Assembly: GCA_007376445.1 (NCBI GenBank)
Contig: VMGF01000002.1
Location: 13,673 to 77,672 of the forward strand
Direction of reading: 5' to 3'
Source of the DNA: Parcubacteria group bacterium Gr01-1014_3
Lineage (GTDB): Bacteria; Patescibacteriota; Minisyncoccia; UBA6257; WO2-44-18
DNA length: 64,000 nt
In this document: positions 37,889 to 46,261 of the stretch, in pieces
Layout of the letters: each line of letters begins with the position of its first letter
Numbering within the stretch: the first letter of the stretch is position 1
Program-made: the position numbers and the translations under genes
The notes under the pieces: generated by a model
Seen by the model: only the letters and a program-made list of their open reading frames with translations
Database searches by the model: none
Told to the model about the DNA's origin: nothing

Positions 37889-37945
37889 ATCCTATCAGAT
37901 TGGTTTCCTTAGGTCAATTGACAAACTTAGTTTATATGATATAAT
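37889..37945. promoter_or_regulatory. back-to-back divergent sigma70 promoters
   Basis: Minus: TTGACC-N17-TAGGAT (37917-37889) toward the riboswitch. Plus: TTGACA-N16-TATAAT (37918-37945) toward the 37990 gene. Confidence 0.65.
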
Positions 37946-37989
37946 ACACGGAGTTCAAAAAAAGAATCCAAAACACAGGAGGTGACGCG

Positions 37990-38358
37990 ATGGAATTATT
38001 CGAGAGACTTTGGGAAGAAATGCAGGAAGCATTTCGCCGTCGTAATCTCTTTGCGGCGATCAAGGTTTTGAGGTTTTCCACGCCAATAACGATGGGGTTA
38101 AAGGAAACCAAGAATTATGTCGAGCGCTATTGGAATATGGATGGTGGACTAGAGGCCATGAAAGCCGACCTCATGATCCAGCTCGGCATTGAGTCTCCTG
38201 CCACGGAAGAGAAGAAAAGTGTTGAGGAAATCGCTGCCATACTTCAGGGCATAAAGGTCGTACAAGATGAGAACTTCGCTCTGACAGTAAAGAAGGAAGT
38301 TTCCTGGGATCAGATGAACGAGTTTTTTGCCAAAGCAGCTCGAGAATTGGGATTCTAG
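37990..38358 (+). CDS. hypothetical protein with ribosomal L7/L12 C-terminal-like motif
   Basis: AAIKVLR...MGLKETKNYVE; AGGAGGTG SD; terminator at about 38364-38392. Confidence 0.65.
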   Translation: MELFERLWEEMQEAFRRRNLFAAIKVLRFSTPITMGLKETKNYVERYWNMDGGLEAMKADLMIQLGIESPATEEKKSVEEIAAILQGIKVVQDENFALTVKKEVSWDQMNEFFAKAARELGF

Positions 38359-38423
38359 CATCCAGCGGCGAAGATTAATCTTCGCCGCTTTTATTTTTCT
38401 AATTTTTTGGTATAATCAAGCGA

Positions 38424-39494
38424 ATGAAATTAAGTATCGGCATCGTGGGGTTGCCAAACGTCGGTAAGTCCACCTTGTTTAAAATCCTCACGAAAAACGA
38501 GGTAAATATCGCCAATTATCCATTCTGCACCATTGATCCGAATGTGGGTGTGGTTAGCGTACCCGATGAACGGCTGGATCAGCTCGCCAAGATGAGTAAG
38601 TCGGCTAAGATCATCCCAGCGATCGTGGAATTTTATGATATTGCCGGTCTGGTCAAAGGCGCTAACAAAGGCGAAGGTTTAGGTAATCAGTTTTTAACTC
38701 ACATCCGCGAAACCGACGCGATCGTAATGGTACTCCGGGTATTTAAAAATGAAGAAATCATCCACGTGGAAAATTCCGTGGATCCGATCCGCGATATGGA
38801 AATCATCAACACCGAGCTAGCCCTGAAGGACTTGGAATCGGTGGAAAAACTTTATAAAAAAGCGGAAGGCGAGTCTAAGATCGGCGGTACGCCGGCGCAA
38901 AAACAAGCAATTAAAGATTTTGAAGCCGTCAAAAAAATTAAATCAGTCCTGGAAGCCGGTCAAAATTTAAATACTCCGGAATTTGCCGAAGCCTTGGAGA
39001 ACGAAAAAGTTGCCGCGTTAAATTTGCTCTCCGGAAAAAAGCAGATCTATTTACTCAACGGAAAACTCGAAGATGTCTCCGAAGAATTAAAAAAGAAGAT
39101 CGCGGAGAGGCTTGCCCGCAGTAGCTTCAGCGAAGGCGGGGGAGGATATGTGATTATGGATTTATCTATAGCCACCGATATACCGGAGCTAGTTAAAAAG
39201 GCCTACGAAGTGCTCGGCCTAATCAGCTTCTTTACCACGGGCGAAGATGAGACCCGCGCCTGGACTATTAAGAAAAACAGCAAAGCTTCGCAAGCCGCTG
39301 GCGCGATCCATACTGATTTTGAAAAGAAATTCATCCGCGCGGAAGTAGTTAACTGGCAAAAATTACTCGAAGCCCATTCGGCGAGCTCAGGGCAAGCCGG
39401 TTGGTCCGCCGCCAAACAAAAAGGCTGGATGCGTTTAGAGGGTAAGGACTATATCGTACAGGATGGCGATGTTATGGAGATTAGGCATGGCTAG
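38424..39494 (+). CDS. ychF: ribosome-binding ATPase YchF
   Basis: GIVGLPNVGKST, NYPFCTIDPN, DIAGLV.GA..GEGLGNQFL, AAGAIHTDF, EGKDY.VQDGD. Confidence 0.97.
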   Translation: MKLSIGIVGLPNVGKSTLFKILTKNEVNIANYPFCTIDPNVGVVSVPDERLDQLAKMSKSAKIIPAIVEFYDIAGLVKGANKGEGLGNQFLTHIRETDAIVMVLRVFKNEEIIHVENSVDPIRDMEIINTELALKDLESVEKLYKKAEGESKIGGTPAQKQAIKDFEAVKKIKSVLEAGQNLNTPEFAEALENEKVAALNLLSGKKQIYLLNGKLEDVSEELKKKIAERLARSSFSEGGGGYVIMDLSIATDIPELVKKAYEVLGLISFFTTGEDETRAWTIKKNSKASQAAGAIHTDFEKKFIRAEVVNWQKLLEAHSASSGQAGWSAAKQKGWMRLEGKDYIVQDGDVMEIRHG

Positions 39495-39503
39495 ACTTAT
39501 TGG

Positions 39504-39566
39504 GTCTATAGGCTAATTCGCACGAATTAGCCTATAGACGGGGTAATGGAAATCCGTCATGGATAA
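39504..39566 (+). repeat. perfect hairpin followed by a recoded duplicate of the ychF 3' end
   Basis: GTCTATAGGCTAATTCG-CA-CGAATTAGCCTATAGAC, then GTA ATG GAA ATC CGT CAT GGA TAA (VMEIRHG*). Confidence 0.8.
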
Positions 39567-39576
39567 GGGCTCCAGC

Positions 39577-39722
39577 CAACTATTTTTTCGGAAACAGAAT
39601 AATCCGGCTCCAGCAGCCGGATTTTCTTCGCCCTCGGCACGCCGCTCCGACCTAATAGGTCGGAGACCGATTATAGGATAGTCCAGCCGGCGCGCCTCCG
39701 GGATGTTCCGAAAAATTAGTTG
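39577..39722. ncRNA. candidate structured RNA / dispersed element, copy 2
   Basis: Homologous to 3364-3495; shares the TCCAGC loop and CCTCCG(A/G)GATGTTCCGAAAAA. Confidence 0.55.
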
Positions 39723-39820
39723 TCCTCCGCCTTGTTAAATAAAGGAAAATTTTTAAATTAAAAAGACCCGCAAGGCTGTGATACAGCTAACCTTGCGGGT
39801 CTCACCGGGTTGGAGGCGGT

Positions 39821-40093
39821 TTAGGCGACTTGCCGGGTCGATTCGTCTTCGTCGAGAAGGCTCTTCACGTCCTCGACGCTCTTGAAATCGGTCACCAGAG
39901 TCGTCCAGCCTTCGAGTTCGGAAAGGGTGATCAACACCCTCTTGCCGAGCTTCTCTTCGATGTACGGCGGATACTCTCGATCCTTGGGCTTGCGGAACGT
40001 CATCGTCACCGGCCTCGACCTGTTGTCCTTGTCACCGGCGTCGCGGCCACCACAAAGTAGCACTTCCAGCGCGCCAAACATGAGCTTCTTCAT
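39821..40093 (-). CDS. hypothetical protein (GC-rich, self-contained unit)
   Basis: GGAGG SD; consensus promoter upstream; hairpin downstream. Confidence 0.7.
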   Translation of the reverse strand: MKKLMFGALEVLLCGGRDAGDKDNRSRPVTMTFRKPKDREYPPYIEEKLGKRVLITLSELEGWTTLVTDFKSVEDVKSLLDEDESTRQVA

Positions 40094-40122
40094 CTGAAAC
40101 CTCCAAAAAAAGTTCTGCCTGT

Positions 40123-40151
40123 ATTATAGACTAGAACTGTTATTCTGTCAA
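40123..40151 (-). promoter_or_regulatory. consensus sigma70 promoter
   Basis: Minus strand TTGACA-N17-TATAAT, perfect match. Confidence 0.8.
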
Positions 40152-40296
40152 GCGCCATTCTTACGGCCTAATTCGTGCAAATATGTCCTACGTCTTATGG
40201 TCTAATTCCCGCCAGAGGCGGGCAAGCGTACGAATGGGCGAATAAGGAGGGGATAGTGGAATTTCGACTTTACGAAGTTTCGATTATAATGAATAC

Positions 40297-40701
40297 ATGC
40301 CCAAAGAAGTTTCACCAGAACATTTAGCGATCGAACAGGATATCGCGGCTATATCGGCCGATCTTAAAGCCCGCCGCGGCGGGCAAGCTCGCAAAAACGC
40401 GGAGCAAGGAATATCAAAAGAAGATATGAAGTCCGCCGTGAGCACGAGGATTGAAAGTTCACCCGCCCCTGGCGCTAGTTCGTCCTCACAAAGCTCGGCC
40501 TCCACGCTTCCTTCATACACTCAAAACGCTCCGGAAGAGGTGCGTCTCAAAATAGAGAAGCTTATTGATCTCGCCTGGCATAAAGGAATCTGGCGGGCGG
40601 TTCAGGAAGCTAAGAACAGCGACCCGCTGACCTTGGACGCGTTGCACGACGCGTTAACGGATAAGATCTACGAAGAATTCAAAAAGCGGGGATTACTATG
40701 A
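40297..40701 (+). CDS. hypothetical protein upstream of the VirD4-like ATPase
   Basis: C-terminal LIDLAWHKGI..AV...LDALHDAL motif. Confidence 0.75.
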   Translation: MPKEVSPEHLAIEQDIAAISADLKARRGGQARKNAEQGISKEDMKSAVSTRIESSPAPGASSSSQSSASTLPSYTQNAPEEVRLKIEKLIDLAWHKGIWRAVQEAKNSDPLTLDALHDALTDKIYEEFKKRGLL

Positions 40702-40744
40702 ATAGTCGAAAGTTCGTAAAGTCAAAAGTCCTTAAAGCACATTA

Positions 40745-43075
40745 ATGTATAACGCACTTTTAATTTCTTTCGGAATTCCGCTGGTAGTTTTTCTGATCGG
40801 AATCGGCGTAGCCGTGGCGGTTAAAAATCACCGGAAAAGATTTCTTGGAGTTTTAAATTTAAAACCCCTGATTGTCACGCTACGTCAGAAAACCGATGGT
40901 GATAAAAAAGATCCACTCGCTGAAATCAGCCTTTCCAGTCAGCTTTTTAGTTTACTGACCAACCTCAAAAATCCCTTCTCACTCGAACTTGCCGTGCATA
41001 ATGTTGGCGAAGACATTCATTTTTATATTTCCGTGCCGGAAGATTCGATCGATTCGGTGAGCCGTCAAATTCAAGGACTATGGTCCGAGGCGGATGTGCG
41101 GAAAGCGGGGGATTACACTATTTTTAATTCCGGCGGAGTGGCCCGCGTGGCATTTTTAAAACAAAAGAATCATTACGCTCTTCCGGTCCGGACTTATACT
41201 GAAGCTGGTCTGGACACCTTTTTAACTATCCTGAATAATTTTTCCAAGGTAGAGATGGTAGGGGAGGGTTTGGCTCTCCAGGTAGTGGCGAAACCGGCTC
41301 AATCCAGCACGGTAAAAAATATAGACAGGATGATCATGGGGCTTAAAAAAGGCGTGAAGTTATCCGATGCCTTGAATGGCAAAGTTTCACTGCCAACGCC
41401 GAAAAAAGATGAAGTAGCGCCACAAATCATTGTTGATGAAGAAGCAGTCAAAAATCTGATCTCCAAGATCTCTAAACCGCTTTTTGAGGTGAATGTGCGC
41501 CTAGTCGCGTCCGCTATGTCGGCTTATCGCTCAGAGGAACTTTTAAATAACTTAAGCGCCGCCTTTTCTCAGTTTACCGCCCCAAACCGGAATGAATTCA
41601 AGGTTAATGAACCGGCCAATCCTTCCAAGCTGATTTTTAAATATATATTCCGCCAGTTCGATTCCTCAGAATCGATGACTCTAGGCGCCGATGAATTAGC
41701 GAGCATATTTCATTTCCCAACTTCCACCACCGAAGTTCCGAAGGTTAAATGGCTTAAATCTAAAGAGGCCCCACCGCCAGCCGTCTTGCCGGAAAATGGC
41801 GTGGTGATCGGCGAAAGCCGCTTCCGAGGCGAAGTTAAAACCGTCAGAATAACCGACGAAGACCGCCGGCGCCATGTTTATATCATCGGTCAGACGGGTA
41901 CCGGTAAATCCACCCTGCTTATCGAAATGGCCGCTTCCGATATCGCGGCTGGAAAAGGTTTGGCCGTCATCGATCCACACGGCGATCTGATTGATTCTAT
42001 CCTTGCCCACATCCCAAAGAATCGGGTGGATGATGTGGTGGTATTTGATCCGGGTGATACCGACCGGCCACTTGGTTTGAATATGCTTGAGTACAACCCA
42101 GCGCGACCGGAGGAGAAAACTTTTATCGTCAACGAGATGCAGAGTATTTTCAATAGACTTTTCACCGCTGAAACCATGGGCCCGATGTTTGAACAGTACA
42201 TGCGGAACGCGCTTTTGCTTTTAATGGATGACCCAAATGAAAAAGCGACCTTAATGGAAATTCCCCGCGTGTTTACCGATGCCGAATACCGGAAACGGCT
42301 GATCGCCAAGGCGAAAAATCCGGCGGTGATTGATTTCTGGGAAAAGGAAGCCGTGAAAGCCGGTGGTGATGCTTCGCTCGCGAATATGACGCCTTACATC
42401 ACTTCGAAATTCAACAATTTCACATCCAACGACTACATCCGGCCAATCATTGGCCAGCCGGTGTCAGCCTTTAATTTCCGGAAGATCATGGATGAAGGCA
42501 AAATCCTTTTAGTTAATCTTTCGAAGGGCAAGATAGGGGATATCAACTCCAATCTTCTGGGCATGGTAATCGTTGGTAAAATTCTGATGGCCGCGCTGTC
42601 CCGCGTGGATCTGCCACAAGAGCAGAGAAAGGACTTTAACCTGTACATAGATGAGTTCCAGAATTTCACCACGGATTCTATTTCCACGATTCTTTCCGAG
42701 GCCCGGAAATATCGTCTGAACTTGATAATCGCGCACCAATTTATCGGCCAATTAAATGAAAAAATCCGGAACGCGGTGTTTGGCAACGTAGGGGCGCAGA
42801 TAGTCTTCCGGGTAGGGGCCGAAGATGCTGATTTTCTCATAAAACAGTTCGAGCCGGTCTTTTCCAAGCAGGATCTGCTTAATATTGACAATTTTAATAG
42901 TTATGTTAAAATGCTCGTGAACGGTCAGACAACCAAGCCGTTCAACATAGCGCTATTGGCGCCTAATAAGGGAATCCCCGGTTTAAGCTCAAAATTAAAG
43001 GAATTATCGAGATTAAGATATGGTAAGCAAAGAGCGGAAGTAGAGGGGGATATCCTGGGGCGTTTAAGGGGCTAA
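40745..43075 (+). CDS. VirD4/TraG/HerA-like ATPase (type IV secretion coupling protein-like)
   Basis: N-terminal TM; DRRRHVYIIGQTGTGKST, IDPHGD, LYIDEFQNF, SEARKY.L....AHQ. Confidence 0.88.
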   Translation: MYNALLISFGIPLVVFLIGIGVAVAVKNHRKRFLGVLNLKPLIVTLRQKTDGDKKDPLAEISLSSQLFSLLTNLKNPFSLELAVHNVGEDIHFYISVPEDSIDSVSRQIQGLWSEADVRKAGDYTIFNSGGVARVAFLKQKNHYALPVRTYTEAGLDTFLTILNNFSKVEMVGEGLALQVVAKPAQSSTVKNIDRMIMGLKKGVKLSDALNGKVSLPTPKKDEVAPQIIVDEEAVKNLISKISKPLFEVNVRLVASAMSAYRSEELLNNLSAAFSQFTAPNRNEFKVNEPANPSKLIFKYIFRQFDSSESMTLGADELASIFHFPTSTTEVPKVKWLKSKEAPPPAVLPENGVVIGESRFRGEVKTVRITDEDRRRHVYIIGQTGTGKSTLLIEMAASDIAAGKGLAVIDPHGDLIDSILAHIPKNRVDDVVVFDPGDTDRPLGLNMLEYNPARPEEKTFIVNEMQSIFNRLFTAETMGPMFEQYMRNALLLLMDDPNEKATLMEIPRVFTDAEYRKRLIAKAKNPAVIDFWEKEAVKAGGDASLANMTPYITSKFNNFTSNDYIRPIIGQPVSAFNFRKIMDEGKILLVNLSKGKIGDINSNLLGMVIVGKILMAALSRVDLPQEQRKDFNLYIDEFQNFTTDSISTILSEARKYRLNLIIAHQFIGQLNEKIRNAVFGNVGAQIVFRVGAEDADFLIKQFEPVFSKQDLLNIDNFNSYVKMLVNGQTTKPFNIALLAPNKGIPGLSSKLKELSRLRYGKQRAEVEGDILGRLRG

Positions 43076-43199
43076 GGCCCGCCGAAGGCGGACAGGTAGA
43101 GATAAAAATCGCGACCTTGTGTGAGGAAGCGGTTAAAAATATAGGAAGTTCTTTTCAAAACAAAAAACCCACGCCGATGGCTGGGTAAAGGAGGAAGGT

Positions 43200-44297
43200 A
43201 TGATCACGTGCAGAGAGGCGCTGAGTACGCCTGGCTTCACTCACTGGTTGGTGAGAAACTTCGCGGACCACGCATCTCTGGATTACAGTAATCCAGCGGA
43301 TGAGGAGAGGATCGTGAAGTGGTTCCTGGCGCGCGTTGCCTGCAGAGAAGCAGCTCCGCTGATGCGCCAGATGTACCGCGAAATGTTCCTCGGCGACATT
43401 GGGCTTTGCCTGTCGAATTCCATCCTGGGATCGGTCGAGAAGTATCTCGATCGTCTGGCGATCGAGAATCCGGAAGGCGCGGCCTACTACTGTGAGCGGG
43501 CCAAGCGCTGGCATGAGATCCCGCGCGAGATCCAGAGGCTGACGGAAGAGTACGCGCAGGCAGGCGGTGAAGGCCGCCGCGACCAGGCGAGTCTCGACCT
43601 CGCTTCCACTCAGCGCGACTGCGAACTTCGCAAGCGCGTGGGTCGCTTCCTTCCCCTCTGGCGTTCTGCCGAAGAGAAAGAGGTGATGCAGTACCCGTTC
43701 GGCGCACTGGAGAGTTCGATCCAGACGTTCAAGGTTGAGTTGAACAGGTTCGCCCAAATCGAACAGCAGATCCCGGCTCTTCAAAAGGAGCGTTGGGATC
43801 TCAAGCGTGAGTTCCTCACGGTCATGGATATCGTAAAGGAACTGCTTGTTGAGATTCGCATGGAGGTGAGCTCCAAGCTCATTGAAATGGTGAGCAGGGT
43901 TCGGGTCAAGAAGGACTGGCGGGATCGCTCGGTTGAGGAACTCGAAGTGGCGCAGAGCTATCTCGAGAAGATGCAGGCGGCGGGAGCGGAGTTCGGATTG
44001 GATTACCTGGCCGATATCGACAATGTGGTGGGTTTCCAGAAAAATCTGGATGACGCCATCTCCCGGAGCCTGTATGAAGATCTGAAGAAGCGGATGGTCG
44101 CGCAAAACAAGCAGCCGGCCTCCGTTGCTCTTCCGGCCGTCGAGAACCTGATCAATCAGGCGCTCGCCCGCACTCAGTTGGGATCCCTCCGGGATTACCA
44201 AGCTCGCGAGGCCGTGGTCAAAACGCTGCAGGATCTCCACAGAGATGGAGCCATCAGCGGAGCTCACAAGCTCTTGTTTCGACCCATGGCCCGATAG
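43200..44297 (+). CDS. hypothetical coiled-coil protein (GC-rich)
   Basis: 365 aa ORF with GGAGG SD and GC3-rich codons. Confidence 0.7.
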   Translation: MITCREALSTPGFTHWLVRNFADHASLDYSNPADEERIVKWFLARVACREAAPLMRQMYREMFLGDIGLCLSNSILGSVEKYLDRLAIENPEGAAYYCERAKRWHEIPREIQRLTEEYAQAGGEGRRDQASLDLASTQRDCELRKRVGRFLPLWRSAEEKEVMQYPFGALESSIQTFKVELNRFAQIEQQIPALQKERWDLKREFLTVMDIVKELLVEIRMEVSSKLIEMVSRVRVKKDWRDRSVEELEVAQSYLEKMQAAGAEFGLDYLADIDNVVGFQKNLDDAISRSLYEDLKKRMVAQNKQPASVALPAVENLINQALARTQLGSLRDYQAREAVVKTLQDLHRDGAISGAHKLLFRPMAR

Positions 44298-44432
44298 CAG
44301 CCCCTCCTCCAGCCCTAGCCGCCAACAGGCGGCAGGGCAGCCCCTAGACGACACACATCGTTTAGGGGTTTTTTTAATTCCGGTCTGAATTTTCAAGCTG
44401 ATAAGCGTAGAAAATTAAGCCACCGGAATTAA

Positions 44433-44575
44433 ACCCCACACTAATTTTGCAGATATATAAGAAGCGCTACGCGGGCGGCGAATAGCCGTGATCCCTAGCG
44501 TATCGCTGTTTTAATTTAGAAAAGACTTAAAGATATAAAAATTTAAATATTGAAAATGCAAAATTAGTGCGGGGT
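44433..44575. mobile_element. MITE-like element with 19-bp terminal inverted repeats
   Basis: ACCCCACACTAATTTTGCA (44433-44451) / TGCAAAATTAGTGCGGGGT (44557-44575), one mismatch; no ORF inside. Confidence 0.6.
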
Positions 44576-44615
44576 AATCTAGCTATACTTTTAATGATTT
44601 TATATAATTAATAAT

Positions 44616-45131
44616 ATGAAAGAAGTAATGCCTAAAATACACCCAGAAAAGCAGGAAGTCATTGTCCGCCATCCGGAGCCGATTAAAATACCCAAAAGAT
44701 TCACGAAGCCGCCAGAAAAAAAGATGGCGCCAACGGTAGAGAAAAAAATGGAAAAAGACGCCCTGGATAAAGTCTTAGATATCCTAGAAGACGCGGAAAA
44801 TAAGCTAATAAAAGAAGGTCCGGTGAAATTAGCGGGCAAAGGCTTGCGTAAAAGTTCGGAAGTTCTTGTTGAAAGGCCCATTAAAAATATTTTCAGTGGC
44901 GTATGGGAAGGAATAAAAAAGATGTTTTCTTCCACTGAGTCGGAAACGATGGCAATGCCTAAAGGATCGACGATCGAGACCGAAGCCGAGAATGTTTTAG
45001 ATCTTTCACGCTCGGGAGCGACCAGAAAAGAATTGAAGGAGGAGGTAGGCAAGATAGAAAAGCAAGGGTTAACCACCAAAGAAAAGGAGGTGGTCGCGTT
45101 CAACCGGTTAAAGCAAAAGAAAGGTAAGTAG
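44616..45131 (+). CDS. hypothetical Lys/Glu-rich protein
   Basis: 171 aa ORF; TATAAT upstream. Confidence 0.65.
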   Translation: MKEVMPKIHPEKQEVIVRHPEPIKIPKRFTKPPEKKMAPTVEKKMEKDALDKVLDILEDAENKLIKEGPVKLAGKGLRKSSEVLVERPIKNIFSGVWEGIKKMFSSTESETMAMPKGSTIETEAENVLDLSRSGATRKELKEEVGKIEKQGLTTKEKEVVAFNRLKQKKGK

Positions 45132-45135
45132 TTAT

Positions 45136-45233
45136 TTATAAATAACCGATCTTCCGGAGCCAAAATTCGTTCTCCCACTCCCACCGAGTCAAACTCGGTT
45201 AGAGTTTGTGAGGTGAGCCGAGTCTGACTCGGC
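45136..45233 (-). repeat. recoded duplicate of the nuclease 3' end plus twin hairpins
   Basis: 45183-45136 reads WEWENEFWLRKIGYL*; hairpins CCGAGTCAAACTCGG and CCGAGTCTGACTCGG lie between it and the gene stop. Confidence 0.85.
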
Positions 45234-45240
45234 TACTATA

Positions 45241-46014
45241 TTATAAATAGCCAATTTTTTGTAACCAAAAAACATTTTCCCATTCCCACAATTTCTTAGC
45301 CGCTAAAAATGCCTGAAAATCCTCCCGCCAATAAGGGAATTCTTTTAATTCCACGATACCTTTGAGTTCTGACCAATCATGGCCATCTTCCGGGCAAGCG
45401 GGAACTGTGCCGCGCCAAGCGGTCTTAATCTTGTCCTGGCCGCCCTTTGGCCGAAGAGTAGCCTTACAGCGCTGACAATCTTTTTGCTGATCAATGCGCA
45501 GGATCCAGCGAGTTTCCAGACCGGCAAACTCCGGTTCGCGCTTTAAGGCGTCCATATAGGCAGAGGTTTGGAGATTGTAATCGCGATAGATTGATTGCGA
45601 TGTCTTAATATCCAACACGCCGAACTTACCACCAATCGTCGCCATCGCGTCGATCGTGCCGGAATACCGATGGGCAAAGTTAATGATCCGGCGCTCAACA
45701 TGCGGCGCCTCAACTTTAATATCGTTATTCTTTAAAAAATTAATCGTGGCTTCAACGGCTGGAGCAATCTCCGGGGGTATGACAGGGGATTCACCAACCA
45801 TGAATTTTTCCACGATTTCATGGACGAGCGTGCCTTCTTCGGCTGATTTTTTGGTTTTCGCTTCGGCTTCTTCAAAATTCTTCGCGGCGGCGTAATAGCG
45901 GTAAAGCGCTGGTTTGGATTTAATTTCTAAAATTTTAGTAACACGCGGGAGCCACTGACCATCAATTTCATATCCGGCCGCGGCTTTAAATTCTTCCGCT
46001 GTTTTGTAATACAT
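45241..46014 (-). CDS. PD-(D/E)XK nuclease superfamily protein
   Basis: PRVTKIL, GTLVHE, YSGTID, LDIKTS, LQTSAY. Confidence 0.85.
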   Translation of the reverse strand: MYYKTAEEFKAAAGYEIDGQWLPRVTKILEIKSKPALYRYYAAAKNFEEAEAKTKKSAEEGTLVHEIVEKFMVGESPVIPPEIAPAVEATINFLKNNDIKVEAPHVERRIINFAHRYSGTIDAMATIGGKFGVLDIKTSQSIYRDYNLQTSAYMDALKREPEFAGLETRWILRIDQQKDCQRCKATLRPKGGQDKIKTAWRGTVPACPEDGHDWSELKGIVELKEFPYWREDFQAFLAAKKLWEWENVFWLQKIGYL

Positions 46015-46071
46015 GAGAATACTATAAAGTATGCCATGCCCGCCGACGAGCGGGAAGCTAGAATGATAACT

Positions 46072-46180
46072 TAATTTTAAATTTTTGAATTATAAATTTT
46101 AAATTAATTTTTAATGATTTAATTTTGAAATTGAATATTTAGTCATTAAATTAAAATTAAAAATTTAGCATTTAAAATTA
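46072..46180. repeat. AT-rich heptamer repeat, inverted copy
   Basis: Reverse complement of 128-236. Confidence 0.85.
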
Positions 46181-46261
46181 TTAAAGATAGAGATGAATTA
46201 GTAATTCTTGATTCTGCGCTTACAGGAGAGTACAATCGAGACAGTTATTTGAAGGTGGCAA

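Noticed and set aside
35936-40093. Possible prophage remnant
   Set aside because: Only short hypothetical genes interleaved with ychF; no integrase, terminase or structural genes recognised.
40745-43075. VirD4-like ATPase as evidence of a conjugative element
   Set aside because: No relaxase, VirB genes or integrase nearby; such ATPases are common chromosomal genes in CPR.
43155-44396. 413-aa minus-strand ORF
   Set aside because: Antisense shadow of the GC3-rich 43200-44297 gene, which has the SD and a protein-like composition.
45241-46014. Cas4-like nuclease suggesting CRISPR-Cas
   Set aside because: No repeat-spacer array or other cas genes in the window; the repeats found are dispersed, not regularly spaced.
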